64,000 nt of DNA, taken from Octopus sinensis. Its lineage: Eukaryota. The DNA lies in assembly GCF_006345805.1 (NCBI RefSeq), contig NC_042997.1:19778001-19842000 (forward strand), given 5' to 3'. The translations under genes were made by a program, and so were the position numbers. A model generated the notes under the pieces. The model saw nothing but the letters and a program-made list of their open reading frames with translations, did not search any database and was not told where the DNA came from. Shown here piece by piece: positions 1-13,575 of the stretch; position 1 is the stretch's first letter; every line of letters starts with the position of its first letter.

Positions 1-80
1 GACATTCTGCTTCTGTACCCTTAATGTTATTAGCCTGTCTAGACAAGATGGTATTACACACAGCAACAGCAATAACAACG

Positions 81-92
81 TTATTATTATTA

Positions 93-143
<51 letters not shown>
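81..143. repeat. (TTA)n microsatellite
   Basis: Direct reading of tandem TTA units. Confidence 0.95.
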
Positions 144-144
<1 letters not shown>

Positions 145-872
145 ATTAACAATTGTTTATAAGAAATGAACCCTGTTTCAAACCAGTTGTCTATCAAATA
201 TGTGTAAATAGAATGACTGTTAGTCAGATGTGCTACCTTCAACCTTAGTAAATCTCACTGGAACATGCTTGTGCTTCTGGCATCAAAATAATAATAATCA
301 TTCAGAATACTACCCTTGCAGATGCATAATTTCCCAACAGAGATTAAATATTACAACATGTATCCTGTCACCATTCCAAGAAACTAATTTGCAATACTGA
401 AAAGCTTTCAATATTGTAATGAATAGCAACCCTTACAAATCAAAAACATACACTCAGAAAGTCATGAAATAATTAAACTGGAAATCTAATTTGTAAAATA
501 AATGATTACCTAAAGAAAATTAAAAAAATGATATATGTCTGAAGGACATGCATTAAGGAATTTACTAAGGAAATTTATCAATTTAAATTCATAATATATA
601 TATATATGCAGACTGAAATTCACATATGCATATGAAGCTATGAAAATATCAATATTAATAAAATAATAAAACGACAATGACTCAATGATAGAGACATGGA
701 ATTGTGAATTTTCAGCTCAGAACTTTCAGTGTGTCTTGCTCATCATAATCATTATCACTTCAAATAATAACAATTTTAAAGCAATTTATTGTCCAGGCCA
801 CCTATTTACTCAAAGGAGAAGAGTAATACATTTAACAGAATTAATAAAATCAAAACAGATCAGGTTTATATA

Positions 873-930
<58 letters not shown>

Positions 931-934
931 AGCA

Positions 935-1181
935 CATAAAGAGCACCATTTGAGCATGACAGTTGCCAGTACCGCCTGACTGCCCCTTGTGCCAGTGGCA
1001 CTTAAAAGCACCCACTACACTCTCGGAGGGGTTGGTATTAAGAAGGGCATCCAGCTGTAGAAACTCTGCCAGATCAGATTGGAGTCTGGTGCAGCCATGT
1101 GGTTTACCAAACCTCAATCAAATCGTCCAACTCATGCTAGCATGGAAACTGGACGTTAAACGATGATGATGATGATGATGA

Positions 1182-1186
<5 letters not shown>
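935..1186 (+). mobile_element. Dispersed repeat family R (RTE-3'-end-like SINE/LINE tail ending in (GAT)n)
   Basis: Core ggttggtattaagaagggcatccagctgtagaaac, then catgctagcatggaaa..gacgttaaacgatgatgat. The core recurs many times in this window. RTE link is inference. Confidence 0.8.
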
Positions 1187-1221
<35 letters not shown>

Positions 1222-1519
1222 AAAGCTAACACTAATATATTTTGTCCCTCTCCCCTTTTATACATATGCAGGTATAAATAGTAATATCAATCTTAAGGAT
1301 ACTCAATAGGTCTATAGAAAAATATGAATCCCTTAGATATTATGTCCTATCATACACAAATAGTGATAGCAAAATAATTTATGAGAATGATTAGATTTTG
1401 CTTTCTGTTTCTCCTAACTTATTTAGGATTATTTCTTCCATTAACAATAGAAACAAAATCTTTACTACAAGAATTTAAACTCCTCTACTACTAATAGTAA
1501 CCTCAATTAATCAAATAGC

Positions 1520-2020
1520 TCTGTATCTTCTACCAACGATTCCCATACTCACACAAACTCTACCTCTATCAACACACATGCACATAACAATAGTACGTCT
1601 AATTTTAGTAACAATTGTAACTGTAGAAACCCTAACACATGTGAGGTTAAAGGTAATTGTAAAATGAAAAATGTTGTATATAAAGCTACTATTACAACAC
1701 ATGATCTCTCTGGTTTCATTATATAGGTTGCACACAGACTCCTCTTAAATTACATTTGAACAATCATAAATCATCTTTTAATGATCCTTGGAAAGAAAGT
1801 AGTACTGTTTTATCCAGAAAGTTATGGCAACTTAAAAGACATAACATAAATTTCTCGGAATATTGTTTCTTCTGCCCCTTCTTATAGGATTAGAAATAGA
1901 ACTTGCTTTTTATGCCTAGAAGAGTCTTATAGAATTATGAAAATGAATGGTTCTATCTTAAATTCAAGAGATGAAAAAGTTTTTTTCTGTAAGCATATGT
2001 CTAAATTTCTTTTCATTAAC
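1520..2020 (+). mobile_element. Decayed Penelope-like element, GIY-YIG endonuclease C-terminal part
   Basis: Manual translation across stops/frameshifts: NCNCRNPNTCEVKGNCKMKNVVYKATIT...CFLCLEESYRI...ILNSRDEKVFFCKHM. This matches the PLE pattern CNC..CP..G.C....VVYKA...C.LC..EK..I...LLN.R.E....CRH. Confidence 0.75.
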
Positions 2021-2380
2021 TTTAAATAGTTGTATTGATTACCTCTTTTCATTTTCTTATTAGTTTTTATTATACTCTAAGGTATATGTGTATGTATGTC
2101 TTCTCTGTGTGTGCATGTATGTATGTGTGCCTGTGTGGGTATGTTTATGCACTTGTGCTCATGTTGTTATATGTATGTATATATATATATATATATATAC
2201 ATTCAATTTTGGGGGATTGATCGATATGCGGGTATTCTATTTCAGATAATACAAAAATAACCTAATGAGTATATGAGTATATCTGACAGTAAACTCATGG
2301 TATCAGTTTGCACATCATGAAATAATACTTATTGATTTGGAAATTTGTTTTCCCAAATTATTTATATTAATATATATATA

Positions 2381-2790
2381 TTGGGTTGGCAACCATGTTC
2401 CCGCCGTTTTTTAAAATTTAAATTTTTAAAAGGTTTAATAAAAAATGACAACTAATTAAGCAATAATGTATTCACCTTTGTTATTTACAACTTCCCAATG
2501 TTCAACAAGATTTTCAATACCTCGTTGGTAGAAACCACCCGATTTCAACTCGAAAAATTGATCCAACCAAGCTCTCAATTCTTCACCAGTACTGAACGAA
2601 ACCCTGCGCATAGCATTTGAAAGAGATCGAAAGAGGTGAAAATCCATTGGTGCCAAATCAGGAGAGTATGGCGGGTGTGGCAGCACTTCCCAGCCATGCA
2701 TTTGAATGGCACCTTGGTCATATTGGTGATATGAGGGCGGTTGTTGTCATGCAACAGAACTCCATACTGCCAATTAGTTCTTTTCTCTTG
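2381..2790 (-). mobile_element. Mariner transposase 3' fragment with one TIR (pseudogenised)
   Basis: ORFs 2575-2793 and 2456-2701 give GVLLHDNNRPH and GWEVLPHPPYSPDLAPMDFHLFRSL (mariner YSPDLAP motif). TIR ttgggttggcaa starts at 2381, right after (TA)n. Confidence 0.9.
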
Positions 2791-3134
2791 CATGTGTATG
2801 TGTGAGTGTATGCACGTGTGTGTGTATCCGTATGTGTGTATGACTGTATATCCTTACGTGTTAAGTGTATACGTTTTTTCTATCATTTGTAAATTTATGA
2901 TAATTTTCTCCTTCATGTATTCGGTTTTGTTCTTATTCTTTTTTATTGTCACCTCTACCCCGGGCTAGGTTTTGAGTAAGGTAACTCTCTTGATACACCG
3001 ACTGGTCCTGCCTGTGATCGTTGCTTTTTCTTTGTTAAATACTTTTTGTTTTTTCTCTGCTTCTATGTACATTTTTACTTAAATATTATATCTTTATCAA
3101 ATATAGTCTTGCCTATCAGCTTTAAACCTCTTGT

Positions 3135-3165
<31 letters not shown>

Positions 3166-6030
3166 CGTTTTTCAATTTTAATATGTATACGTATAACTCT
3201 CGATGGCTTCTTTCTGCTAGAAAACTGTTGCATTATATTCTACTATACACACGTGACCTTGTTTACATTACACTTTGTCTCAACCTGTTACTATTCCTTT
3301 AAACATATCCGTTAAATTTTTATTTTTATATTATATTTTACTGCACATATAGACTTGCATACACATTGATATATCTTTCTTTTTCTCTTTCGTCTCTCTC
3401 ACTATTATATATTTTCTCCCTTTTACAACTTGTTTGTAAATATCTGATTTTTCTCTATTACCCCATCTGTATTCTCCTTTATTGTATCTTATTTTATTTT
3501 ATTTTATTAAACCTTTTCTGATGTCCTTCCAAAGATTCCTCACACTCATGAGAATGACAATGTATAAATTTAATTATAATTACTATGATTATAATTTCCT
3601 TCTTGCATATTTGTATTGTCTTTTGAAACGTGTATATGTATTGAATCCAATTTTGTATTAAATCTAATTTTGATTCGACATATTTTTTCCTCCTTTTCTT
3701 TATACTTGTTTATGGTATACTTATACCTATAACGAAATTTTTCAACTATTATTTTCATATCCTTATTACTTGCTCTGGCTATTTTTTATGAATATGATGA
3801 ATCTTTATTAGAAATAATTTTTTCTCTTTTTTTTAATCTCTCAAAAAGTTTGAATTGTTCTTTTTGAACTTATTTTTTCTTAAATATATTCTACTATATG
3901 TACTGAGTAAGTTTATCTCTATCGTTTTACCCAAAGGTATATACTGGCTCTCACTCAGTCACACACTTTCTACAAATAGCAATCACAAATGAAAATACAT
4001 CAGTATCACTTATTTCACAAATAACACCTTGATATCATTGGAAATGAACTGTGTCAAGTACTCCATCAGAAAAACTGAAATCACCATAAAGTAAATGAGA
4101 TAGAGAGAACATTTTTTATAAGACAAAATGTCACTGATAAATTTACACAAAATAAGTTCGTTTTCATAACTTGCAAATTTATTTCTTCTGCTAAACAGAA
4201 TTAGATACCTTTGAGACCAACCTAATCAGTTTGAAGAAAAAAGTCTATATTTTAACACCATACCATTAGCTCCCAAAACATCTTAAATGAGAAAAGGAAA
4301 TCCAACAGAGACCTCACAACATATGCGTATTTGTTGATAAACCCAAACGTTCAACTTGCATAGCATAACACACTTCAAACTCCTATCTGGCTACATTTCT
4401 AAAACTCATAAAAAGACAAGTCCCATCATTTACAATAATATCTTTTAACATGCTTTTATTTGCCATTTTTATGGCCATTCCAAGTTCAATATACGACAAC
4501 ATATCATTAAAAAGGCATGAAGAACTCTCATTAGGCTATACAAGTATCAGAATAATTAATCTGTCCTCTGGCAACCATATATTCACCTGATTTGCACCCT
4601 ATTGTAATGATGAATTAAAAAGAACTTACTACAGACAAAAAGTCATTCCTTAACCAAGAAAATTAGGCTTCCAAGTGAAAAATATGGCTGAGTAGAATGC
4701 CATGCAGTATGTAAGACTTAGAACACATTAAAGGACTCTAAAGTCAACGTTTTTTTGTTTAACGCAAGATGTAGGGTAATCAACCACCTCCAAAAATAAA
4801 TTACAAAGAATTAGCACCATAAATGTAAAAGGTAATGAATGTCACAATATTACCACAGTATATCAACAACAGTAGCACAACAGAAAAAAAGTACTTGGTA
4901 GATTTACCCAATTTTATCAATCAACTTGTCCCTTGTCTATAAAACCATAACATTCTGTAAGACAAACATTACATTTAGTAAAATTGGTACCAGCAATATA
5001 AAGGAATTACTCTTGATTTATGATGATATCTAGATCAAAAAAGGTAATCCCAGAACTTTTCGATAACATTTCTGTAGCTACGGTTAATGTCACTGATGTT
5101 CATGACCTTAAAGTCTCTTAGATTCACAACGATCTTAAAATACAACTATACCCTTAGCACGTAATTAAATAGGGATGAAGTATTGACAGTTTTCCTAAAA
5201 TAAATGACTACAGAATGACAAGTTTAGGAAAGAACTAATGAGAATATTTAAATAACTTAAATTAGAAATAGCCACCAGCACTAATCTTGTAATCATCATC
5301 TTTCTACCCTGCACATTAGACTACTATCAACACCTTTACAAGACACAAAGATGAAACATTTTATGTGAAAAGAATGCTACATCTCTACAATCAATTACAG
5401 AACCCTCAGTAAATAATACTATAAGAAGAATATCAAAATTATACTCTAAAAGAGATATATTCAGCTGATCCAGAGCCTTCTATAATAATAGATTAATAAA
5501 ATGTAGCTATCGAGAAAAAATATTATGTATAAAATGCCTTACAAAGTAGGATGAATAGGGAAAAATAATCATCATTCTATTATAGAATGAATGTAAATAA
5601 CAATATAGACTACAATTTCTTTTCTCTCATTAATAAAAATTATTCATATAACACAGATCACAGGCTCAGTAACAAGATGAGCTGCAGCTGCTTAAATAAT
5701 ATCACTTCTCAAATTCCCAACAATAACCAAAATCTAGAAATGCCAACCGCTAAGATGTAATTGTAGAGACATAACTTTCTATCCACGTAACTGGATTGCT
5801 TTGATAATGTTGTACTAGCTTACATTTTTGGATATATTAATTTGATTGGTATTTTATACTTTTTCTGTATCGAAATATGCAGGCACAATTGAAATGATAG
5901 TTGGTTATGTATGGTGTAACCAGCAATTAAAGACATGATTTTCTCCAGTTTTGCTCTTGTCTAATACTCCATATTTCTTGAAATTTTTTCAAGTGATAAT
6001 TTGATTTACTTGTCATACATAATGATTTCT

Positions 6031-6081
<51 letters not shown>

Positions 6082-6189
6082 CACACACACAGTATTTAAA
6101 TATTAGCTACTAATATTTTCATGATGTAGAAGTACAAAAATTCAGCAGATTTATATACCATGTCATATGTCTCTAGGTAATCCTTCAGT

Positions 6190-6975
6190 CATATTGGAAA
6201 AACCAAAAAATGATAATGGTCTTTGACAAAAAAAAAAAAAATGAGGAATTGCAAGGGGAGGGTGAATACAAAAGGAGGCATGAGAAAAAGTAGAACAAAA
6301 AACAAAAGGTAAATAAAAACAGAAAAAGAAACAAAAGAAAGAAAACCATGATTTGCATTCCTTTTTGTCATCAAAATCACAATTAGTGTAGCAATAGCAG
6401 GTGTAGAATGATAGGGCAGCAAGCTGACAGAATTGTTAGCACACCGGCCGAAATGCTTTGCGGTATTTCATCTACCGCTACGTTCTGAGTTCAAATTCCG
6501 CCAAGGTCAACTTTGCCTTTTATCCTTTTGGGATCGATTAAATAAGTGCCAGTTATGCACTGGGATGGATATATTCGACTTAATCCATTTGTCTGTCCTT
6601 GTTTTTCCCCTCTGTGTTTAGCCCCTTGTGGGTAGTAAAAAAAAAGAAATAGCAGGTGTAGAATGATTCAACAGAGAGGGGAACAAAGTCTGTGAGATGG
6701 CATGCTTAATCCAGAAAGGCTGGTGTCTTCTAGTTCAACAAAAGAAAGTTGTCCATATACTTGCATCTACTCCAAATTTCAGATCCAGAATTAAGTAATG
6801 TTGTTGAATTCTTGGATCCAGAAAAATGGGTATCTTTTTGGCTATACATAGCTTGCATCTCTGTGATCCAATTATATATGGTGAAGGTTTCTCCAGAATG
6901 CTCCATTTGACAGTTTGCGGTGTGCAGTTAGTCTTCAAATATCATATATAGGTAGCCAACTTTGGCTTTATCTTT
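6190..6975 (-). mobile_element. Decayed Penelope-like 3' fragment, interrupted by a SINE
   Basis: ORF 6735-6938 reads VKWSILEKPSPYIIGSQRCKLCIAKK; frameshifted continuation LNSRSEIWSRCKYMDNFLL. Inverted homolog of 7005-7480. Confidence 0.7.
6413..6647 (+). mobile_element. tRNA-derived SINE family B with 20-bp TSD
   Basis: Contains ttctgagttcaaattccgcc (B-box-like) and taagtgccagttatgcactggg. TSD aatagcaggtgtagaatgat at 6393-6412 and 6648-6667. Confidence 0.9.
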
Positions 6976-7004
6976 AAAAGGATTTTAAAAGAAGATTGTA
7001 AACC

Positions 7005-7480
7005 CTCAGTATTCTTGCCAACACATGGGCAAAGATAAAGCTATATATGGTATCTGAAGACCAATTGCAAACTGCATTCAATCAAATGGAGCATCATGAA
7101 GAAATCCACACTGTATGTAAAAGAGTGCAGCTGAAGGATTTCACATACATTTTAGGTCCAAGAATTTCACCACACTGCTTAATTCCAGATCTGAAATTTT
7201 CTGCAAATGCAAGCACATAGACAACTTTCTTTTGTCAAACTGGAGGACACCACACTCAAGATTAAGCATGCCTTCTGCCTGGTGAATTATTCTACTATAT
7301 TAGTGATTTCAAAGAACAAAAGCTACAGAAAATTTGGTTTTCTTTCTTTTGTTTCTTTTTCTATTTCTATTTACTTTTTGTTTCTCATTCTTCTTTTTCT
7401 TACACACCATTTTGCATTCACCTTCTGCTTTCCTTTTCTCATGGTTTTTAAAAAAGACCAGTAACCTTTCTTGGTTTTTC
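7005..7480 (+). mobile_element. Decayed Penelope-like 3' fragment
   Basis: Translates IKWSIMKKSTLY...TLLNSRSEIFCKCKHIDNFLLSNW, followed by a T-rich tail homologous to 6190-6380 in inverted orientation. Confidence 0.7.
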
Positions 7481-7647
7481 AAATAAGACCAGCTGTGTGT
7501 ATTTGAACCTGAAAGATTATTTGAAGACACAAGGCATGATATATAATTCTGCTTAATTATTGTGTTTCCACAGAATGAAGCTATTAGTAACCCATTTTAA
7601 AATTCTTTGTGTATTAAATGATATTCATCTCCCATTTTTGTTGATCC

Positions 7648-7985
7648 TAAGGTAAAGGGTAAAGACCACCTTCAGTCATGAATGACGATGGGATTGCATC
7701 TAGAAAGTTCCCATCTGAGGCACAAGTCTGGGTAAGGTTGTTTGTGGAAGATCAGCAGTCGCCCATGCATACCAGCCTCCCCTATCTATGCCACCGATGT
7801 TGTCCAAGAGAAAGGGAAAGGACAATACTGCTTGGCACCAGTGACATTGCAACTCATTTTTACAGCTGTGTAAATTTGAGTAACATGAAATGAACTCTCT
7901 TAATCAAGAATACAACACAACCTGGTTTGGGAATCAAACTCACTACCTCATGATTGTGAACCTGATGCTCTAACCATTGAGCCAA
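7648..7985 (-). mobile_element. tRNA-derived SINE (old copy)
   Basis: Minus-strand tRNA-like head (ggctcaatggttagagcatcagg...gagtttgattcc) at the right end; aaggtaaagggtaaag simple tail at the left end. Confidence 0.65.
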
Positions 7986-8519
7986 CAGAACAGTAAAATA
8001 TATATTTAAATAAACATATATATTACACACACACACATTTAACTAAGCAAATGTGAGAAAAGTACTTGATATATTACTGCAGAATCTCTTTTATTAACGC
8101 TTGTGTGTGTGTGTGTACACACACAACAGATAGATAAATGGATAGATAGAGAAATATTAATAAAAATGTAAAGATGAATTGTTAAATTGATAGGATGCTT
8201 TACAATCATCAGTTCATATTCTACTAGCAGAATATATAAACTATAGTTTAAATCATACACCATGTCCATGAAAGAGGATGAGAATGTCTAGATTCCATCT
8301 TACAAGTAGATCATGTTTTCTTATTCTAAGCAAATAGCAAGTTAATTAGCTTCACATGTATTCTGTAATTTATATTATGGTTAAGAATTTAGATGCAAAT
8401 TATTGTTGGCTCTAAAGCATTTCACAAATATACATTTCGCTATCTTGTTAATCCAAAATATTCAGATTATCAAAAAACAATGAAATATCATTAAACATAC
8501 TACAAAATATAAGAATTAA

Positions 8520-9010
8520 TTATTTGTATATGAGAAAATATGTTTGCAGTGTCTGAAGAAGAAGGTAGTGCTTTTGACAGTGTCTGCTATATCGAGAATG
8601 TGTGAATGCTAGGAGAGATTTTTCAGTGGTGATGAGGTCTAATATTTGTAGGGACCTTGAAAGATCTAGAAACATTCTGTTTATATTTAAAGTGCATGAT
8701 AGGTAACAGTATTGACTTGATATGCTTAGCAATTGTGATTTTGCTGTTGAGATATGCAAGATTGGCATGGTTCCATTGGAGAATAAGTTTGAGAACTTTA
8801 TTCATGGAATCACCACAGATTTGGTACAAGGTGTTTAGGCTGCATGCAGATGATATTGGGGTATGCAAAAGGTGGTGAACAATAAATAGTTATATCATCT
8901 GTGCATGAGTTGTTAGTAGTGACAGTAAGGAGTCCATTGATTCATTGATGTATAAGAAGGAGTCCAGAATTGACAGTGTGAGTATTGTACCTGTTGTCAT
9001 CTGAGAGGAA
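8520..9010 (-). mobile_element. CR1/L2-group LINE reverse-transcriptase remnant
   Basis: Minus strand gives degenerate SILDS (cf. QGSILGP), SCTDDIT (cf. YADD) and LKLILQWNHANLAYLNSKIT (cf. W...NLV.FN..KT). Confidence 0.65.
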
Positions 9011-9329
9011 ACTATCAAAGAGAGAAAAATATAAGAGTTTAAAAGTTAGGCAGATTTACCAGGAGATTCAATTACCAGACAGAATTAGTTTTAAATCCTG
9101 ATCTTTTGGTTGTTAAACTGCATATTTTCTGAAAGTTATATAATTATAAAAAGTAATATATCTAAGGTAGAAAAAGTCATATAGAATAAAATACAAGAGC
9201 TATAACAAATTGCATTTTCTTCATGCTGTTAAGGTGTATCATAATACATTTAAAATAGAGACTAATGTAGAGAAAGATTAAGAAATGTACTAAAGTTATT
9301 TTAGAAAAAATATCCATTCATGATCTTTG

Positions 9330-9765
9330 AATGTTGGGCCTCATGGAGACAATGACAAGTGACCAAGACCTTTGGTGATATGTGGTGCTTGAGAAAGACC
9401 TGTCAAGCCAAGTGAGATTGTAATCATGGCCAATGCCAGTGTCACGTAATGCATGTATAAAGCACCATTTACATGCCGGTAATATGCTGTGCTTGAGGAG
9501 GCCTGTCAAACCAAGAGAAATTGTAGACATGGCCGATACAAGTGTCATCTGACTTCCTGCACATTTCTTAAGTGAAAACATAGTCATGGCTAATGCTGGT
9601 GTCATGTGAATGGCACCCATATCAGTGGTTGGCGTTAGGAAGGGTATCCAGCCATAGAGACCAGGCCAAATCAGATTGGAACCTGGTGCAGCTCCCCGGC
9701 TTACCAGTTTTCAGTCAAACCATCCAACCCATGCGAGCATGGAAAGCAAACGTTGATGATGTGAA
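9330..9765 (+). mobile_element. Repeat family R copy
   Basis: ggttggcgttaggaagggtatccagccatagag core and catgcgagcatggaaagcaaacgttgatgat end. Confidence 0.8.
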
Positions 9766-11099
9766 GTTGGTATTTTTTTAAAAGTGTAACAGATACATTC
9801 TGTGAAGATTTATATTTCCATTAAAGTAAGTATTTTAACATATTACAATCACCAATTAAACTGTGAAATACATCACTGTGCTATGAAAAACTTTTTAAAT
9901 TAAAGGAAAATTGTCAGGTTTTTAAATGTCTTAAACTTTGTATATCATATACACATAGTAGTGTAACATAGGCATTGAACACAAATGATATGAGAAAGCT
10001 GGAAAGAAATAAGACAAGCATGTTCTGGATAATATGTTAATATGAACGAATTTTTATTTCTAAATGATCTATGATGTGAATGGTTTAGTTAAAAGGTCCA
10101 ATATATTCACAGGCTAAATTATATTCAAATGGTTAAATATTTTTCTGACAGCAGAATTACTTGGTAGTAAGAATCCTCACATTCTTGGTGCCAGAAATAA
10201 TATAAATTTTCTTTATTTCCTCAAAAACAATTTTTTGGGCAATGAACTATTATTTATGCAATATTGGCATACAGACATGTGTGTAGATGGTGATAAATGA
10301 ATACAAAAATGCCGTGCAATCATTTGGTGGAGGAAGAACAAGAATGGCTTAGGCAGATGTGGGGAAAACTGAAATCAGAATATTAAACCCCAAAGGAGAT
10401 ATCAAAAGTAAGCAAAAGTAGCAGTAATAACCAGTACTTCTCAACTGGCAAGGACCTGACCACCCATGCAAGCATAGAAAATCAGATATGGCGATGGTCG
10501 TTGGTGGTGGTGGTGACATGCAGTTTAAATTGTTTATACTAATTAACATCAAGCAAAGCTTAAGATCATGGAATGCAGCCAAATGTTAAACCTAGGGTGG
10601 GCAAGACTGTTCTTAGCCTTTAGTAGACATGATGTTTTTTGTATATTCTTGTCATTAATTGTTGGTATGAAGAATTCAGAATAAATGAGGGATATCCCAA
10701 CATCTAGTGAGCAGAAGCTGCTAGAGTAAAAGTAGAATAAGCAAACTGAGAATACAAGCATATGTTATTTATGCAGGTTTGCCAAGCCAAAAATCTTTTC
10801 TTTCTAAATGATCAATGATGTGAATAGTGCAGCTAAAATTTAAAAAGTCCAATATACTCACAGGCTAAATCATATTCAAATGGCAACATATTTTCCTCAC
10901 ATCAGAATTACTTGAAAGTAAGAATCCTTGTATCATTACCAGAGCCAGAAACAATATAAATTTTCTTTATTTCCTCAAAATCAACTTTTGGGGCAATGAA
11001 CTATTATTTATGCAATATTGGCAATGGTGTTATTTACACAATATTGAGCATTGCATTATTATTTTTAAAACATTGGCTCGTGTGTTATTTGCATAACAA

Positions 11100-11760
11100 T
11101 ATTCTCTATTCTGAAATATAGTATTTATTAATTATATATTTTCATGCAACATGAAAAATTTAAAACAATTTCATAACCAAATTTCTTGTCTCATAGCTAT
11201 TAATCCCAAAACAAATTATAAAAATATAATGATGTTGTATGAACAAAATAATTCTTCACAAATTCAATTACTTTTTACTTCAGTTATCACTGGAGGAATC
11301 CAGCCCCCAAAGTTTTCTTATAAATAAGAAATTTTATGGATGCTATTCAAAAATTCATGAGAAGTGTTAATTCCCAGAATATTGATAATATATTTTACAC
11401 ACATTTACTTTTATATTTCCTTAAAATTTATTCATCACTACTTCTGCCACCATTATATTTTAGTTAAGTTAGCATTATTAGTATTAAAAAGCTAACTATA
11501 ATTAAATATGCAGTAACTAAAACATGATTTTAGTCAATGTATGATGTCATTTTTATTATATCTTTTTCTGTTTGGCAGATACAGCAGAAAACCCTGAACA
11601 GATTTTGGCAATATTCTGGACTCCTCATAAGCAAGGCATAACATTTATAAACTTCATTTTCTTCTTCAGTTGATTTGTGCCAGACATGATATCAAATATA
11701 TCACTTTTGTCTTTTAATTACAAGATTTGTATGATATCGTTCTGCCATTTTCTCTTTCAA
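11100..11760 (+). mobile_element. Possible heavily decayed Penelope-like remnant
   Basis: Scattered motif echoes only (HWRNP cf. IWFNPP; LLN.R..CH-like end). Many stops. Confidence 0.3.
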
Positions 11761-12199
11761 AACTAAGTAATAACAGAGGGCACTGCTCCTAACAAAAATA
11801 CTGTGGTTATGTGAGCTTGTGGCCTTATTCATCTAAAACGTGTAATATTAATAGGATTCTCAGCCCTCATGGGACTTTGTATTATAGTTATAAACAAAGG
11901 AAGTAACTATGCTTAGTCTAGTTTGCCTGATGGAAAAAAACATCACTTATACATTATGATTTCATGTTGCCACACTGTATTAAAATTAAAACAATTTTAT
12001 CGTGTGAAAAAAATGCAGGAATTTTTTTTTGAAATTGAAAATAATTTCATATTGGTTAAAATGAAAAAAATGTTTGGAAATGCTGTCAAATTTTCAAATA
12101 CAAAAATGTTTTTTTTTCAAGAAATATAGAAATACTTTTAGCTTGACCAGAAGTATAATATTACAGGAATATCATATATATAAAATTTTAAAAGGTAAA

Positions 12200-12830
12200 G
12201 CAATACAGTTGAACATTGATATTAACAGTTCATATTTCTTTTAGCCTTTACAGGGTTTGTGACAATTCCTTCTATTATAGAATAATGAAATAGCTGTTTT
12301 GTGATTATATTTTTAATGAAATACCCTAATATTTCATTGAAAATAGCAAACCGTAAATGTTTTGCAAAATAACTTTCTAAATACTGATCTGGTACTTTAG
12401 GTATTGGCACTTAAAACAAGAGATTTTGTTTCCTAGTACCAGACATGCTCTTAGTTGTGTTGGTATCAAGAGATTTAGGTTTTACTTTTTGATGAAAAAC
12501 AAAAGAGATAATGATTTCTCTTAAGATTCAAGAATAATTTTGTGCACTAACATGTTTAACTTGAAAAATATAGAGAAGGAACATAGAATCAAGAGAAATC
12601 GTTAGTCTTGAAGTGAATAAAACCAACATCACCAGTACTGGTGCTCAATGCACTCTGTAAAATTGTTGGTGGATCTGTAGAATAAAATAGGGTATAATGA
12701 ACTCTTAGGGTATTTGAAGGACATGTCTATATCTAGCTCTGGTGTTATAAAATGGTCCCAGTAAACACTGTAAAGTAAGTGGAAATAGTTGATGTTAATT
12801 AAGAGATACAACCAAACCATAGACACAATG
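12200..12830 (-). mobile_element. Possible heavily decayed Penelope-like remnant
   Basis: Minus strand gives DPPTILQ (cf. SNHPP.I), INYF..L (cf. VNFLDVT) and KH/IFN echoes. Weak. Confidence 0.3.
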
Positions 12831-12945
12831 CTTTAATGAAATATACAAGGAAGATATGGTCCTCCAGCATGTCCGGAAGGTCAGTAAGTAACTCCACAAA
12901 AGAACTAATTTAGACCATAACAAACCATTCAGTCTATGGACATAA

Positions 12946-12954
12946 ATGATGATT

Positions 12955-12988
<34 letters not shown>

Positions 12989-13116
12989 GTAGGTGGGAAG
13001 GGAGGAGAGGGAGGATGGGAAGGGGTTTAGGGGAGACATGGAGGGTAAAGAAGAAGAAAAAGAAGAAGAAGAAAAAGAAGAAGAAGAAAAAGAAGAAGAA
13101 GAAAGAAGAAGAAGAA

Positions 13117-13148
<32 letters not shown>

Positions 13149-13160
13149 AGAAGAAGAAAT
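12946..13160. repeat. (GAT)n plus purine-rich (AAG)n microsatellite block
   Basis: Direct reading. Explains the poly-M/K/E ORF at 12946-13218. Confidence 0.95.
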
Positions 13161-13357
13161 GAAGGGTAAGAGGAGAACTATTGAGTGTCAGAGGCTTAAC
13201 AATCAAAATGAAACATGATAAAATATTCACCAACCATCCTTAGAATGACTTTGCCTTCATTTGTTATATTGCTTTATTTTTTTTTTTGTTATTTCAATCA
13301 TTGGACAATGGTCAAGTGCTTTTTGCTTTCTACTTGTTGGTATCTCTCAGTAAATTA

Positions 13358-13575
13358 AGGTGATGAGCTGGCAGAATCACTAGCATGCCAGGAAAAATAC
13401 TTAGTGGCATTTTGTCCATCTTAACTTTCTGAGTTCAAATTCCACTGAGGTCAACTTTGCCTTTCTTCCTTTGGGGGTTGATCAAATAAGTACCAGTTGA
13501 ATACAGGGATTGAGGTAATTGATGCACTGCCCCTTCCCCCTAAAATTGCTGGCCTTTTTGCAAAAATTTGAAACT
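13358..13575 (+). mobile_element. SINE family B (old copy)
   Basis: ggtgatgagctggcagaatc...ttctgagttcaaattcc...aaataagtaccagttg. Confidence 0.8.

Noticed and set aside
11279-11316. Mini-exon NFGGWIPPVITE resembling a START-domain GWxP motif
   Set aside because: Too short to be significant; the opposite strand fits a PLE W.NP motif equally well.
12222-12410. Apparent terminal exon PIPKVPDQYLESYFAKHLRFAIFNE...
   Set aside because: No recognisable family and no phase-compatible partner exon; the surroundings look like decayed Penelope-like sequence.
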